From: a virus
Taxonomy: Duplodnaviria > Caudoviricetes
Reading direction: 5' to 3' (one strand)
IMG/VR virus record: IMGVR_UViG_3300048575_000467
Location: 1 to 42,228 of that record
DNA: 42,228 nt
In this document: positions 9,401-15,428 of the stretch, one piece after another
How the letters are laid out: each line of letters begins with the position of its first letter
How positions within the stretch are numbered: position 1 is the first letter of the stretch
Made by a program: the position numbers and the translations under genes
The notes under the pieces: generated by a model
What the model saw: only the letters and a program-made list of their open reading frames with translations
Told to the model about the DNA's origin: nothing
Database searches by the model: none

Positions 9401-10114
9401 AGCAGGAGGCTCATACTCTTTTCCCCAAGCATCCCAGGTTTTCGCAGCCTCTTCAAAGGCCCCTCCCCTTCTCGCCACACTTTCGGGCACCCCCAGGCTA
9501 ACAAGCCCGCTCTCAACGCGCCGGGAAGCATCGTCCAGTATTTTGGAGAAATCACGCGGGGTAAAAAACACATCCCTGACAGAAGAAAGATAGCCGTGCC
9601 ATACACCGCCAAGGAAATCAGACCCCTTGACGAACCGCTCTACCGCCCCGAGGCTGTCCACATCGTCTTTCGACACGGCCATGTTTTGCGGATTGGCCAG
9701 ATGCCGGGCCGTGGCCGGGGCCTCGACGGCCAGCCGTTCGAAGTCGGGCCGGTTCTCCCTGGCCGCTTTCGCCGCCTCGGCTTTGTCAAGGTTGCGATCC
9801 ACCACGTCGGCCGGACTGTTCAGGAAAACCGAAAGGTCCATGACCCGGGCCGTGCGGTCAGGGTCGCGGTTGCGCGCCAGTTCGTAGGCCTGGGGCAGGG
9901 TAAAACGCATCGCGGGCACGGCCTCTGGCCGGGCCGGGGCGGACAGGTCAAGAAGCGGCAGGGAGGGGGCCGGCTGCTGTTCCTCTTCAGGATCGTTCAG
10001 GAATTTTGATATTTCATTTTTTCCTTGTTGATCCTCGTCCGGACCATTCAGGAATTCCGATATCGCACGTTGTGCGCCCGGGGTGTTTGGGTATTCGTCA
10101 AGGGATGGGGTCAT
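3419..10114 (-). CDS. Giant (2,231 aa) internal virion/ejection protein, polyvalent (PBECR-like nuclease, zincin-like peptidase motif)
   Basis: Occupies the gp16-equivalent position; GGAG 7 nt before the ATG at 10114; RHVIDPSFVSHVFMRHG...ILRIPDVL.PD...YYVE...RTMW and HEQGIHQG motifs. Confidence 0.8.
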   Translation of the reverse strand: MTPSLDEYPNTPGAQRAISEFLNGPDEDQQGKNEISKFLNDPEEEQQPAPSLPLLDLSAPARPEAVPAMRFTLPQAYELARNRDPDRTARVMDLSVFLNSPADVVDRNLDKAEAAKAARENRPDFERLAVEAPATARHLANPQNMAVSKDDVDSLGAVERFVKGSDFLGGVWHGYLSSVRDVFFTPRDFSKILDDASRRVESGLVSLGVPESVARRGGAFEEAAKTWDAWGKEYEPPAWSVPTNFTGKLMSGIGRLPMDLGILSLAGRALPGGVMTAMGLQGAIRGGAEGGWEGATYGGVHGALFGGALQAFGTLPGLLQSPAAGAFAFGTTLYETGDMEEALAQGLLFAGFHAPQFVKGVSDIYAKSKTLARSPALAEAHAAKVFEEAGYPETSYLSARDVHAAFEPYLKTEGNSRLKKFLEPLGISLAEFDEAGRLDYDLTFPSAKMVWFNKSPEGKALLERVKWTPFADERLAQELLALRAQAEAGPQAEPGQTPPAEGRQDGQVLDLSAVVAGDAVVNPSDLLRQAGLNPAGVAQVLGPIADAPMPVADIVADQRFTAALKLLNYDGVKLGEAAAGPAAEPPVILTRKGGVYSENEALAKIEELGKQGIAARMAEMEGGYGLAVESVEQPNPAQVRQTIETAMALAVQNQKAPQEVIGIVEPDVARKIKEKTGTDALVYRHVIDPSFVSHVFMRHGVGNESLPGHRGVEPKDILRIPDVLLTPDDVQTGSRPGNVVFVKRVNGTIYYVESARPGSRTLEPRTMWIRDAKYFEGAETPASSDAPGTPEPRAERPKRLAGSEENIRPESGESKASADDMDVLWPDRAREGKEDPASTDAPGIPEPRPERPGRLAGRDTSIPLSDPADKAAAKDGPVKALADVLDPLQGRAENALPVEIALSASDISVPEVRQAALDNPNVKAVTLPGDRVIFITDRLGSPEEAVKLWVHEQGIHQGLRVLLGKDLDVWRDGLVKTYGGADGLREIAEAHGIDLSEPGGLRRAAEERFALIADKALLENALTPEDASLWQRFVQLFRDSLRRQGLAVEFTDQEIARLARDSLRATLGQERPAGGGGGNLRPRDVVELALAKETMGMERAFEDQDILALAAADPTLAAELREYDWLWGEAMRQAEARMDRLVARERAQDDKAWAAEAKELYELSGGWQAYKRIVESGGLSESSLRLFYDDAIISDLKRMANRYEGHKEGNRRQKLVVKENEYIGPDELARELGFTDGTQVDDLVKFLLAQPGRKDFVDQHVAARRMEQEGAYAAEEAVATDGYEQALEKQSEIFGKLLGKKPRGSSAIKTLIEEQTGVRPWRQAISESDALVASLKRQQDAARIAFKEGMQEGRAEARAQGRERLEAERRKGLEAAFEASERLRESVARVRERVRVKEETDKALQKVQKAVDGKTVDGEFSEHIRALAARFGLITAKSKMPKDPGGMRPLRELLLETLPPDSLVGMVVPEKFLDPNFRKNWKDMTFDELVEVGSILDALASIGRKKNHALSYQSKLTFDQITEMSARFTADNKKRVAPEDPGHYVIPDRSDESVPTKTWAMLLQLETVLRAADGWKEGAHGEGPFGPNVEFGLMPLARGAERELKLWEEFNAGYKELLEPIRGDMGWEFYNKRHAVTDVPFLITREQMVMVALNCGNEGNLRTVREGMRLTDAQIKKITDQLTREEWNFVTGVWALHERLRPHLDAVYRSIYGRPMGMVAPTPWETPYGTVAGGYMPIVADPRRSTKGEMYSDLEDQKFFADNSWQPIYPSNSMTKGRMGSVEPPRLELNVLENHLRKAIHWTSFAEPMRDVYRFIRHDTIKKSISNYVGVSHYRQAVPLLQALARDGRPIGNEALRDAESWLSRLRTNGTVAYIGAKATTAIVQPSALLPALGEVPAPVLLGALKDFICHPINMTRSVAERSAFLKRRSMNFDRDVREAFQSFKVSKYSLRLGGNLITGEQVRDAYFVATRTFDVLAASIVFEAAYRDGMKKYASTLSEKYHPSEVLAEEQAKTERFAKEYAESVVRRTQGDGNLFSQPAIMRGNAAYRLFTMFYSYQNAMGNRLWENFNRAKEGNISWLKFSEKMSYDFIIPAIFTGLILNFMHDRENDPIGMLYNIVSSPVATIPFVRDLGSAALSEMITGKSFGYKGTPAMDFGVEAVWALHSLGRIANGHNTAEEFEKFMKHSTMVGGFMYGIPSRQIWITYEGARDLATGKTKDPRRLLFAGKKD
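7544..7610 (+). ncRNA. Candidate structured antisense RNA, copy 1 (degenerate promoter TTGTCT-N17-TATGGA at 7506-7534)
   Basis: 60/67 nt identical to copy 2; closing stem ccctgcc/ggcaggg plus two internal hairpins. Confidence 0.4.
7671..7699 (+). promoter_or_regulatory. Intragenic antisense sigma70 promoter
   Basis: TTGCTT(7671-7676)-N17-TATATT(7694-7699) in otherwise very GC-rich DNA. Confidence 0.6.
7709..7775 (+). ncRNA. Candidate structured antisense RNA, copy 2, directly after the nuclease-domain coding sequence
   Basis: Starts 10 nt after the -10 box; three-way-junction fold whose G-U pairs work only on the + strand. Confidence 0.5.
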
Positions 10115-10147
10115 TGACATTCTCCGATGCGTGGACAAATGAAGGGT

Positions 10148-10294
10148 ATGCGGAAACGGATCGCCGACATCATGGAAAAGCTGTGCGTGGCCAGCCTTGC
10201 CGTGGGAATTTTCCAGGACAAGACGTATGGCATCCTCATCGGAATATTCTTTCTGGCCGCGACGCTGGAGATGACAAGGAGGATGGAAAAATGA
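10148..10294 (+). CDS. Small 48-aa membrane protein (absent from ORF track)
   Basis: MRKRIADIMEKLCVASLAVGIFQDKTYGILIGIFFLAATLEMTRRMEK; two hydrophobic segments; ATGA-coupled to the next ORF. Confidence 0.6.
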   Translation: MRKRIADIMEKLCVASLAVGIFQDKTYGILIGIFFLAATLEMTRRMEK

Positions 10295-10398
10295 GCAAGT
10301 CCGACATCATATGGACTATAGTCGGTTGCATCGGCCTGGCGCTGACCGTCCTTTTCTTTATGCTCCCCCCCGACAAGCCCAAGCGGCCCGGCTGCTGA
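10291..10398 (+). CDS. Small 35-aa single-TM protein
   Basis: AGGAGG RBS; MSKSDIIWTIVGCIGLALTVLFFMLPPDKPKRPGC. Confidence 0.6.
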   Translation: MSKSDIIWTIVGCIGLALTVLFFMLPPDKPKRPGC

Positions 10399-10428
10399 CC
10401 TCAACCATCCAAGGGTGGAGATGAAGCC

Positions 10429-10677
10429 ATGACCCTTCTCTTCGACGACTCGAAAAAGCTGGAAAAGGCCCTGGGCGAGGAAGCGGCCGGGGTGCTTATC
10501 GGCATCCTGGAGAAGCAGGAGGAGGCGGCCAATCGTGAGCTTGCCACCAAAGCCGACCTTGAACGCGGACTCCGCGAGCTTGAACTGCGGCTTGAATACC
10601 GGCTCACCATGCGCCTTGGGGCCATTGCGGCCTCGGCCATTGCCATTGTCGCCGCCATCGTGAAATTCCTTTCGTAG
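10429..10677 (+). CDS. DUF1640/CCDC90-like coiled-coil protein with C-terminal TM
   Basis: FDDSKKLEKALG...ELATKADL...LTMRLGAI + hydrophobic tail. Confidence 0.75.
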   Translation: MTLLFDDSKKLEKALGEEAAGVLIGILEKQEEAANRELATKADLERGLRELELRLEYRLTMRLGAIAASAIAIVAAIVKFLS

Positions 10678-10698
10678 CCGGACCACACGCGCCATTCC

Positions 10699-10729
10699 AA
10701 GCCCCTCGGGAAACCGGGGGGCTTTTTTT
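10699..10729 (+). terminator. Rho-independent terminator
   Basis: aagcccctcgg-gaaa-ccggggggctt followed by a T-run. Confidence 0.8.
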
Positions 10730-10740
10730 ATGGGGTGGGG

Positions 10741-10788
10741 TTGACGGGTTTGTGCAAAAGGTGCAAATGATGCAGAAGGGGGTTTGCA
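10741..10788 (+). promoter_or_regulatory. Promoter/operator of the RHH-antirepressor operon
   Basis: TTGACG at 10741 (the -10 box is poor); TGCA at 10753, 10762 and 10771 (9-bp period) and at 10785. Confidence 0.5.
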
Positions 10789-10923
10789 ATGAAAGTTATC
10801 AACATTAAGGTGGTCCCGGAGGATATTCACCGGGAGGCAAAAGCCCAGGCGGCGAAGGAGGGGAAGACCCTTCAGGAATGGGTTATTGAGGCTATCAAGG
10901 AGAAGCTGGAAAGAGCCAAGTAG
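10789..10923 (+). CDS. Arc/CopG-like ribbon-helix-helix repressor, 44 aa (absent from ORF track)
   Basis: MKVINIKVVPEDIHREAKAQAAKEGKTLQEWVIEAIKEKLERAK: alternating beta strand, helix, G-turn, helix. Confidence 0.8.
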   Translation: MKVINIKVVPEDIHREAKAQAAKEGKTLQEWVIEAIKEKLERAK

Positions 10924-10929
10924 GGCAAC

Positions 10930-11007
10930 GAAAACGGCCCGGCCCGGTGTTACGAGCACCGAACCGAGCCTAACCACGAACAACCTGAAAAGGAGGTTGG
11001 CATGGCT
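10930..11007 (-). ncRNA. Sar/SymR-like antisense RNA over the antirepressor leader and RBS
   Basis: Minus-strand TTGCCC(11042-11037)-N17-TACAAG(11019-11014); 14-bp G-U-containing hairpin 10970-10936 followed by a U-run. Confidence 0.55.
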
Positions 11008-11667
11008 GAAGCTCTTGTAGGTGAACCCGTTGTTTCGGGCAATACCATTCCCCTCGCCTTTGAATCCCGCCCTATCCGAGCCGTCGTTGACGAAAAAGGA
11101 GCCCCCTGGTTCTCTGCCAGGGATGTTTGCACGGCGCTCGGCATCGCTTGGTCTGGCAGAACACTCGATAGCGTCCCCAACGATTGGCAAAGGGTGATGA
11201 AACTCATCACCCTTCGGCGTGGCCTTCAGCCGATGAGGGTCATTTCCGAACCTGCCGTCTACAAATTGGCCTTCCGGTCGAACAAGCCGGAGGCGGATCG
11301 TTTCACCAACTGGGTGGCATCCGAAGTCATCCCGGCTTTGCGTCGGGATGGGGCCTACGCCATGCCCCAGCCGTTGGTTCCCGCCATCCCCGAAGAGGCT
11401 CCTTCGCCCCGGGACGCGGACATGGAGGCGCGTTTGCGCCGGCTGCGCTCCCTGAAAAACGAGATGCTGGAAACGACTGGCGAGATTTACCGGGCCGCGA
11501 AGCGGGCCATGCAGCCGGTCCTGCGCCGTGCGGATCGCCCGACGCTCTTGTTCCTGGCCGACATGAACGACGCCATGGACAACGCAATGGACGCCCTTGA
11601 CCGCAACCTGGACGCCTTGGAATACACGTCCAAGTCCTACGTGTCGGCGTCCAAGCTGTTTTTCTGA
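11002..11667 (+). CDS. BRO-N domain antirepressor-like protein
   Basis: FESRPIRAV...PWFSARDVCTALGI...ISEPAVYKLAFRSNKPEADRFTNWVASEVIPALRRDGAY. Confidence 0.9.
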   Translation: MAEALVGEPVVSGNTIPLAFESRPIRAVVDEKGAPWFSARDVCTALGIAWSGRTLDSVPNDWQRVMKLITLRRGLQPMRVISEPAVYKLAFRSNKPEADRFTNWVASEVIPALRRDGAYAMPQPLVPAIPEEAPSPRDADMEARLRRLRSLKNEMLETTGEIYRAAKRAMQPVLRRADRPTLLFLADMNDAMDNAMDALDRNLDALEYTSKSYVSASKLFF

Positions 11668-11696
11668 ACTGTCCATTTTGCCCATGCCTTTCTCCA

Positions 11697-11722
11697 AGGT
11701 GGCCGGCCTACGCCGGCCACCT
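11697..11722. terminator. Stem-loop between convergent genes
   Basis: aggtggccggc-ctac-gccggccacct. Confidence 0.55.
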
Positions 11723-11733
11723 GTCATTTATAT

Positions 11734-13650
11734 TTATTGCAAACCGTTGGACATGATGATTTCTGTAGCCTGTGATTCTGTAAGTTTACCAGCCTTGTAG
11801 GCTGCCTTTACTTCGGCCTTCGTCTTGTACTGTGCGCCTTGCTGCGTAGACGCTGTTACGGAAGGTGTCTGCGGTGCTTGTTGCTGTGCCTGTTGTGGCT
11901 TGTCGCCGTACAGACTGTTGTAAAGCGCACGTTCTTCGTCATTTCCTGTCCGCAACAGATCAAGTGCCTCTTGCCTGTCCTCAATGCCTTTTTTGGTGGC
12001 CGGCAGCGTTCCGCCAGGCTCTACCTCGAAGCGCCGAACAGGCCTGTCAGACTTAAAGAATTGCTCCGTATAGACTACATCAGTAAGTTCTTGCGCCCTC
12101 TTGAGCATATCTTTTGCTTCGAGTTTCCCGGCTTCATGCTCTGAATGAAGGATTGAATTGATACGGACAACATCAGTCGGCCCAAGTATCCCGGTTTTGT
12201 TTTCCGTACCGTCTTCTTTTGTCTTGGAAATTCCTTTCAAATAGTCGAATGTTTGTTTTATATACGGTTCGTCTTCGTCCTTTTTTACCCCATTAAAATG
12301 CTTAATAACGGCATTAAACTCTTTATCTTGCAACCCTTGCGCCCTGAATGGCGATATTTCAGATATCCTTGTTATTTCTCCCGTATTAATCTTTGACATA
12401 ATGCCTTCAGCTATTTTAGAACTCACAGAAGCATTTCTAACATTATTGTTATTCGCTTCAGCTTCCACGACATTATGCCAATCCACGAGCATTTTAGGGG
12501 ACGCCCCGGCATCGGCCATCTTCTGAACGGCTTCGTGTGTGAGTTCACTTTTCAGTCTTAAGCCTTCAAGTTGCGCAGTAACAGAGTCATCCACGTTTTT
12601 TTGGCGTTCTGAATCGCGGTTCTTTTGGAAGTGGTAGTTAGAAACAGCAAAGCTTGCGGCTCTGGACAGGGCTTTATCCGAATAGCCTTTCAAGGATGTC
12701 TTGACATCTGGAGACATCAGCAATTCCGCTGCTGCTCCATAGTCAGGCTGCCCCATTCGACTGGTCTTGGAGAGGGCTTGCTTCAAGGCATCGCTCGCGG
12801 CAGTATCCTCGGCCAAGGCTTGGGCGCGATGGCTGGCGGCTTCGCGCTCACTTTTCATACGCTTGAGCTCCGCTCTTGCCGCATGGCCCAGCGTTTCCAA
12901 TGCATCAGGATCAAGGGAATTGTAGCGACCGGCCCGCAAATCATTGACCGTTCGCATGATTATTGCATCGTCCCCGGAATCCAACGCCCCTTTTACAAAG
13001 GACTGTGTTCTTTGACTTTTTGCTGTTCGCTTCGCCTTGTCCGCCGTAATAGGATCAAGCCAATAGCCGGCCTTGACCTGAGCGTCCGTAGCGATGTCCA
13101 CATCATCAATGAATGTGATGAGATCAGCCGGGCCGCCTCCTTTTAGACCGGCCTGATAGGCTGACTTTCTGCCTTCATTCATTGCAGCGTTCCACATGCC
13201 GGCCGAATATTCGGTATGAACCTTGTGGGCGAGCTTGCCCCCCTCTCTCACGAGGGTGGAATTGAGCAGCGACAACTGCATGTCGGCCGCTTCACGAGCT
13301 TGATCGTCAGGCGCGTCCGCCAGTAGCTTTATGCGAATCTTATCCAGGCCGTTTTTCAGGTGGGGCACCTGGTCAAGCGGCTTTTCACCAGTCAGGCCGC
13401 GCCCCCATTCGTCAGCAAACTGGTTTCCCTCCTCCAAGGCGCGGATTTTCGTTTTATTGACGTAGTTCAGCCGCTCCTGTTCCTGGTATTTCGCGCCGAC
13501 GTTGGCGATCTGCGCAAAAGCCACGGTCAAATCATTAACACCGCGTGCCGTGGAAATTTCCCGGTCCCGGGCTACCCGGTACTGTGCTTCTTCCGCGTCG
13601 GTGTTGGGCCGCATGAGTTTGAGCGGTGATCCGGACAATTTGATGGGCAT
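11734..13650 (-). CDS. Internal virion (ejection) protein, T7 gp15-like position
   Basis: 638 aa, helical and charged; synteny between the gp14-like gene and the giant protein. Confidence 0.6.
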   Translation of the reverse strand: MPIKLSGSPLKLMRPNTDAEEAQYRVARDREISTARGVNDLTVAFAQIANVGAKYQEQERLNYVNKTKIRALEEGNQFADEWGRGLTGEKPLDQVPHLKNGLDKIRIKLLADAPDDQAREAADMQLSLLNSTLVREGGKLAHKVHTEYSAGMWNAAMNEGRKSAYQAGLKGGGPADLITFIDDVDIATDAQVKAGYWLDPITADKAKRTAKSQRTQSFVKGALDSGDDAIIMRTVNDLRAGRYNSLDPDALETLGHAARAELKRMKSEREAASHRAQALAEDTAASDALKQALSKTSRMGQPDYGAAAELLMSPDVKTSLKGYSDKALSRAASFAVSNYHFQKNRDSERQKNVDDSVTAQLEGLRLKSELTHEAVQKMADAGASPKMLVDWHNVVEAEANNNNVRNASVSSKIAEGIMSKINTGEITRISEISPFRAQGLQDKEFNAVIKHFNGVKKDEDEPYIKQTFDYLKGISKTKEDGTENKTGILGPTDVVRINSILHSEHEAGKLEAKDMLKRAQELTDVVYTEQFFKSDRPVRRFEVEPGGTLPATKKGIEDRQEALDLLRTGNDEERALYNSLYGDKPQQAQQQAPQTPSVTASTQQGAQYKTKAEVKAAYKAGKLTESQATEIIMSNGLQ

Positions 13651-13662
13651 GGCTGCTATCTC

Positions 13663-14964
13663 CTAGAAATCAAAACCGTAGCTTTGGTACCATTTAAGGT
13701 CTGTGGCGCTGGAAGAGCTTCCCCAATCCAGCAGCGATGTCCCGGCAGACTTCCCGCTTGATGCCCACGAATATTTCGACGAGCCCCACCAGCCGGCATC
13801 CTTGCCCGACGAGTAGACGCCCGTGACGCCCTTGGCCACGCCGGCCGCGCCAGAGGAGAGCTTGCCCCAATCCGTGCTTGAACTGCGGTAGGTGTCGGCG
13901 GCGGACAGGCTCGACGACATGCCGAACATTTCATCCATCATGGAATACTGCGATTCCCAGAGGGTATTGTAGCTCTCGCGTTCGGCCAGCTGGTCTTCGC
14001 GCCAGCCGGCCCGGCGGGTCAGGTCGGCTTCCCGGCCACCCTGGATTTCCAGGGAAAGGACTTTGAAATTTGTGGCCAAGTCCAATTCCGCCACCTGCGC
14101 GCCCAAAACCCGTTCCATGGACGCCGTCTTGACCATGGTTTCTTCCACCTGGGCATCGGCCTGCATGAGGTATTTCGAGGACGTGCGCAGGGCATCGGAC
14201 AAGGTCTCCCAGGCCTGGGAATGGCCGGACATCTCGGCCGTGGAAGCGTCCATGCCAGCCTGATACTTGGCGTCGGTGATTGCAGCCGCCGCCTTGGAGG
14301 CCAGATAGCGCTGTTTTTTGAGCGCCAGATCCTGGCCGGCCGCCAGCACGTCCAGGGCCGATCCCGTGGCCGCTTGCCCCCTGGCCGCCATGGCCGCCTG
14401 CATCTCGCCTTCGGCCGCCCGGGCCTGCTGGTCGAGCTCGTCCATGGCATAGTCGCGCTCCCGCGTGGCATCGCGCACGGTGGATTGCCCGGCGGCCGTG
14501 GCCTGGGTTGCCTTGGCCCGGGCCAGCATGTTGGTCAGGCTGGCTTGCGTCAGCGCGTCCTTGCGGATGCCCGAGGCCAGGGTAACGGCCAGGTCAACGG
14601 AATTGCCGAGCGCCACGGCGTTGCCTTCGATGGTCCCGGCCGCGTCGTAGAAGATGGACTGCTTTTGAAGGTTGGCCGCCGTGCGGGCGTAGGCCACTTC
14701 GACCGGCGTCCACGCCTCTGTCCACTGGGCCTGGTCCTCGTACTCAAAGCTTGCCCATTCGCGCTCCAGGGCTATTTCGGCTTGCTTGCGCTGGTTTTCG
14801 AGCAGCACGCGCTGCATGTTGATGGCGCTGGCGGTGGCCGATTTCTCGGCGGCTGCCGCTGCGGCCTCGTTGGAGTCGTTTCCCCCGAACATCCCAAACA
14901 GCGACGAGCCGGCCGAAACCGCCGACCCGACCGCGCCCACGGCGGAAAAGGCACCAGCCGACAT
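13663..14964 (-). CDS. Internal virion (ejection) protein, T7 gp14-like
   Basis: Gly/Ala/Ser-rich hydrophobic N-terminus, Ala/Gln helices, AAMAARGQAATGSALDVL motif. Confidence 0.65.
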   Translation of the reverse strand: MSAGAFSAVGAVGSAVSAGSSLFGMFGGNDSNEAAAAAAEKSATASAINMQRVLLENQRKQAEIALEREWASFEYEDQAQWTEAWTPVEVAYARTAANLQKQSIFYDAAGTIEGNAVALGNSVDLAVTLASGIRKDALTQASLTNMLARAKATQATAAGQSTVRDATRERDYAMDELDQQARAAEGEMQAAMAARGQAATGSALDVLAAGQDLALKKQRYLASKAAAAITDAKYQAGMDASTAEMSGHSQAWETLSDALRTSSKYLMQADAQVEETMVKTASMERVLGAQVAELDLATNFKVLSLEIQGGREADLTRRAGWREDQLAERESYNTLWESQYSMMDEMFGMSSSLSAADTYRSSSTDWGKLSSGAAGVAKGVTGVYSSGKDAGWWGSSKYSWASSGKSAGTSLLDWGSSSSATDLKWYQSYGFDF

Positions 14965-15428
14965 TACGCCACCCTCGCATACATTATATAGTCCGCGCCC
15001 TCGGGGCCGTAGCGGTGCAGCAGGGCTTCACGGCAAAACCCTACCCGTTCGGCAAAGCGCGTGGCACGGCCGTAATCGGCCCGCACCGTGCATTGCATCC
15101 GCTTCAGGGCCAGATCACGCCACACGCTGCCCAGAAACCAACGAACCGTTTTGACCAGGGCCAGGGGGTAGGCCTCGACAAGGGGGGACGTGCGCATCCA
15201 GGCTTCGGCCACGTCGCGCCACAACACCATCACCCCGCCGCAGGCCACCACCTCGGCCCCGCGCAGCAGAGCCACCGACGGCCCGCAGGCCAAGAGCCGC
15301 GCCTGATCCGCCAGCGGCGCGCCAAGCCGTGATGCCCATTCGGCGTCATGGCTGCGCAGATCCATGCCCACGGCATGCCCCGGTTCAAACCGCATCACGT
15401 CCAAACCGCCAACCGTTATTCTGGTCAT
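14964..15428 (-). CDS. GNAT-fold protein (T7 gp13-like position)
   Basis: VACGGV..W..VAEAW, RMQCTVRADY..A.RFAERVGF.RE..L.RYG..GAD. Confidence 0.7.
   Translation of the reverse strand: MTRITVGGLDVMRFEPGHAVGMDLRSHDAEWASRLGAPLADQARLLACGPSVALLRGAEVVACGGVMVLWRDVAEAWMRTSPLVEAYPLALVKTVRWFLGSVWRDLALKRMQCTVRADYGRATRFAERVGFCREALLHRYGPEGADYIMYARVA

Noticed and set aside
10111-11727. 538-aa minus-strand ORF spanning the cassette
   Set aside because: It overlaps five well-supported + strand genes and a terminator, with no recognisable domain. Its near-exact span of the cassette is curious but probably chance.
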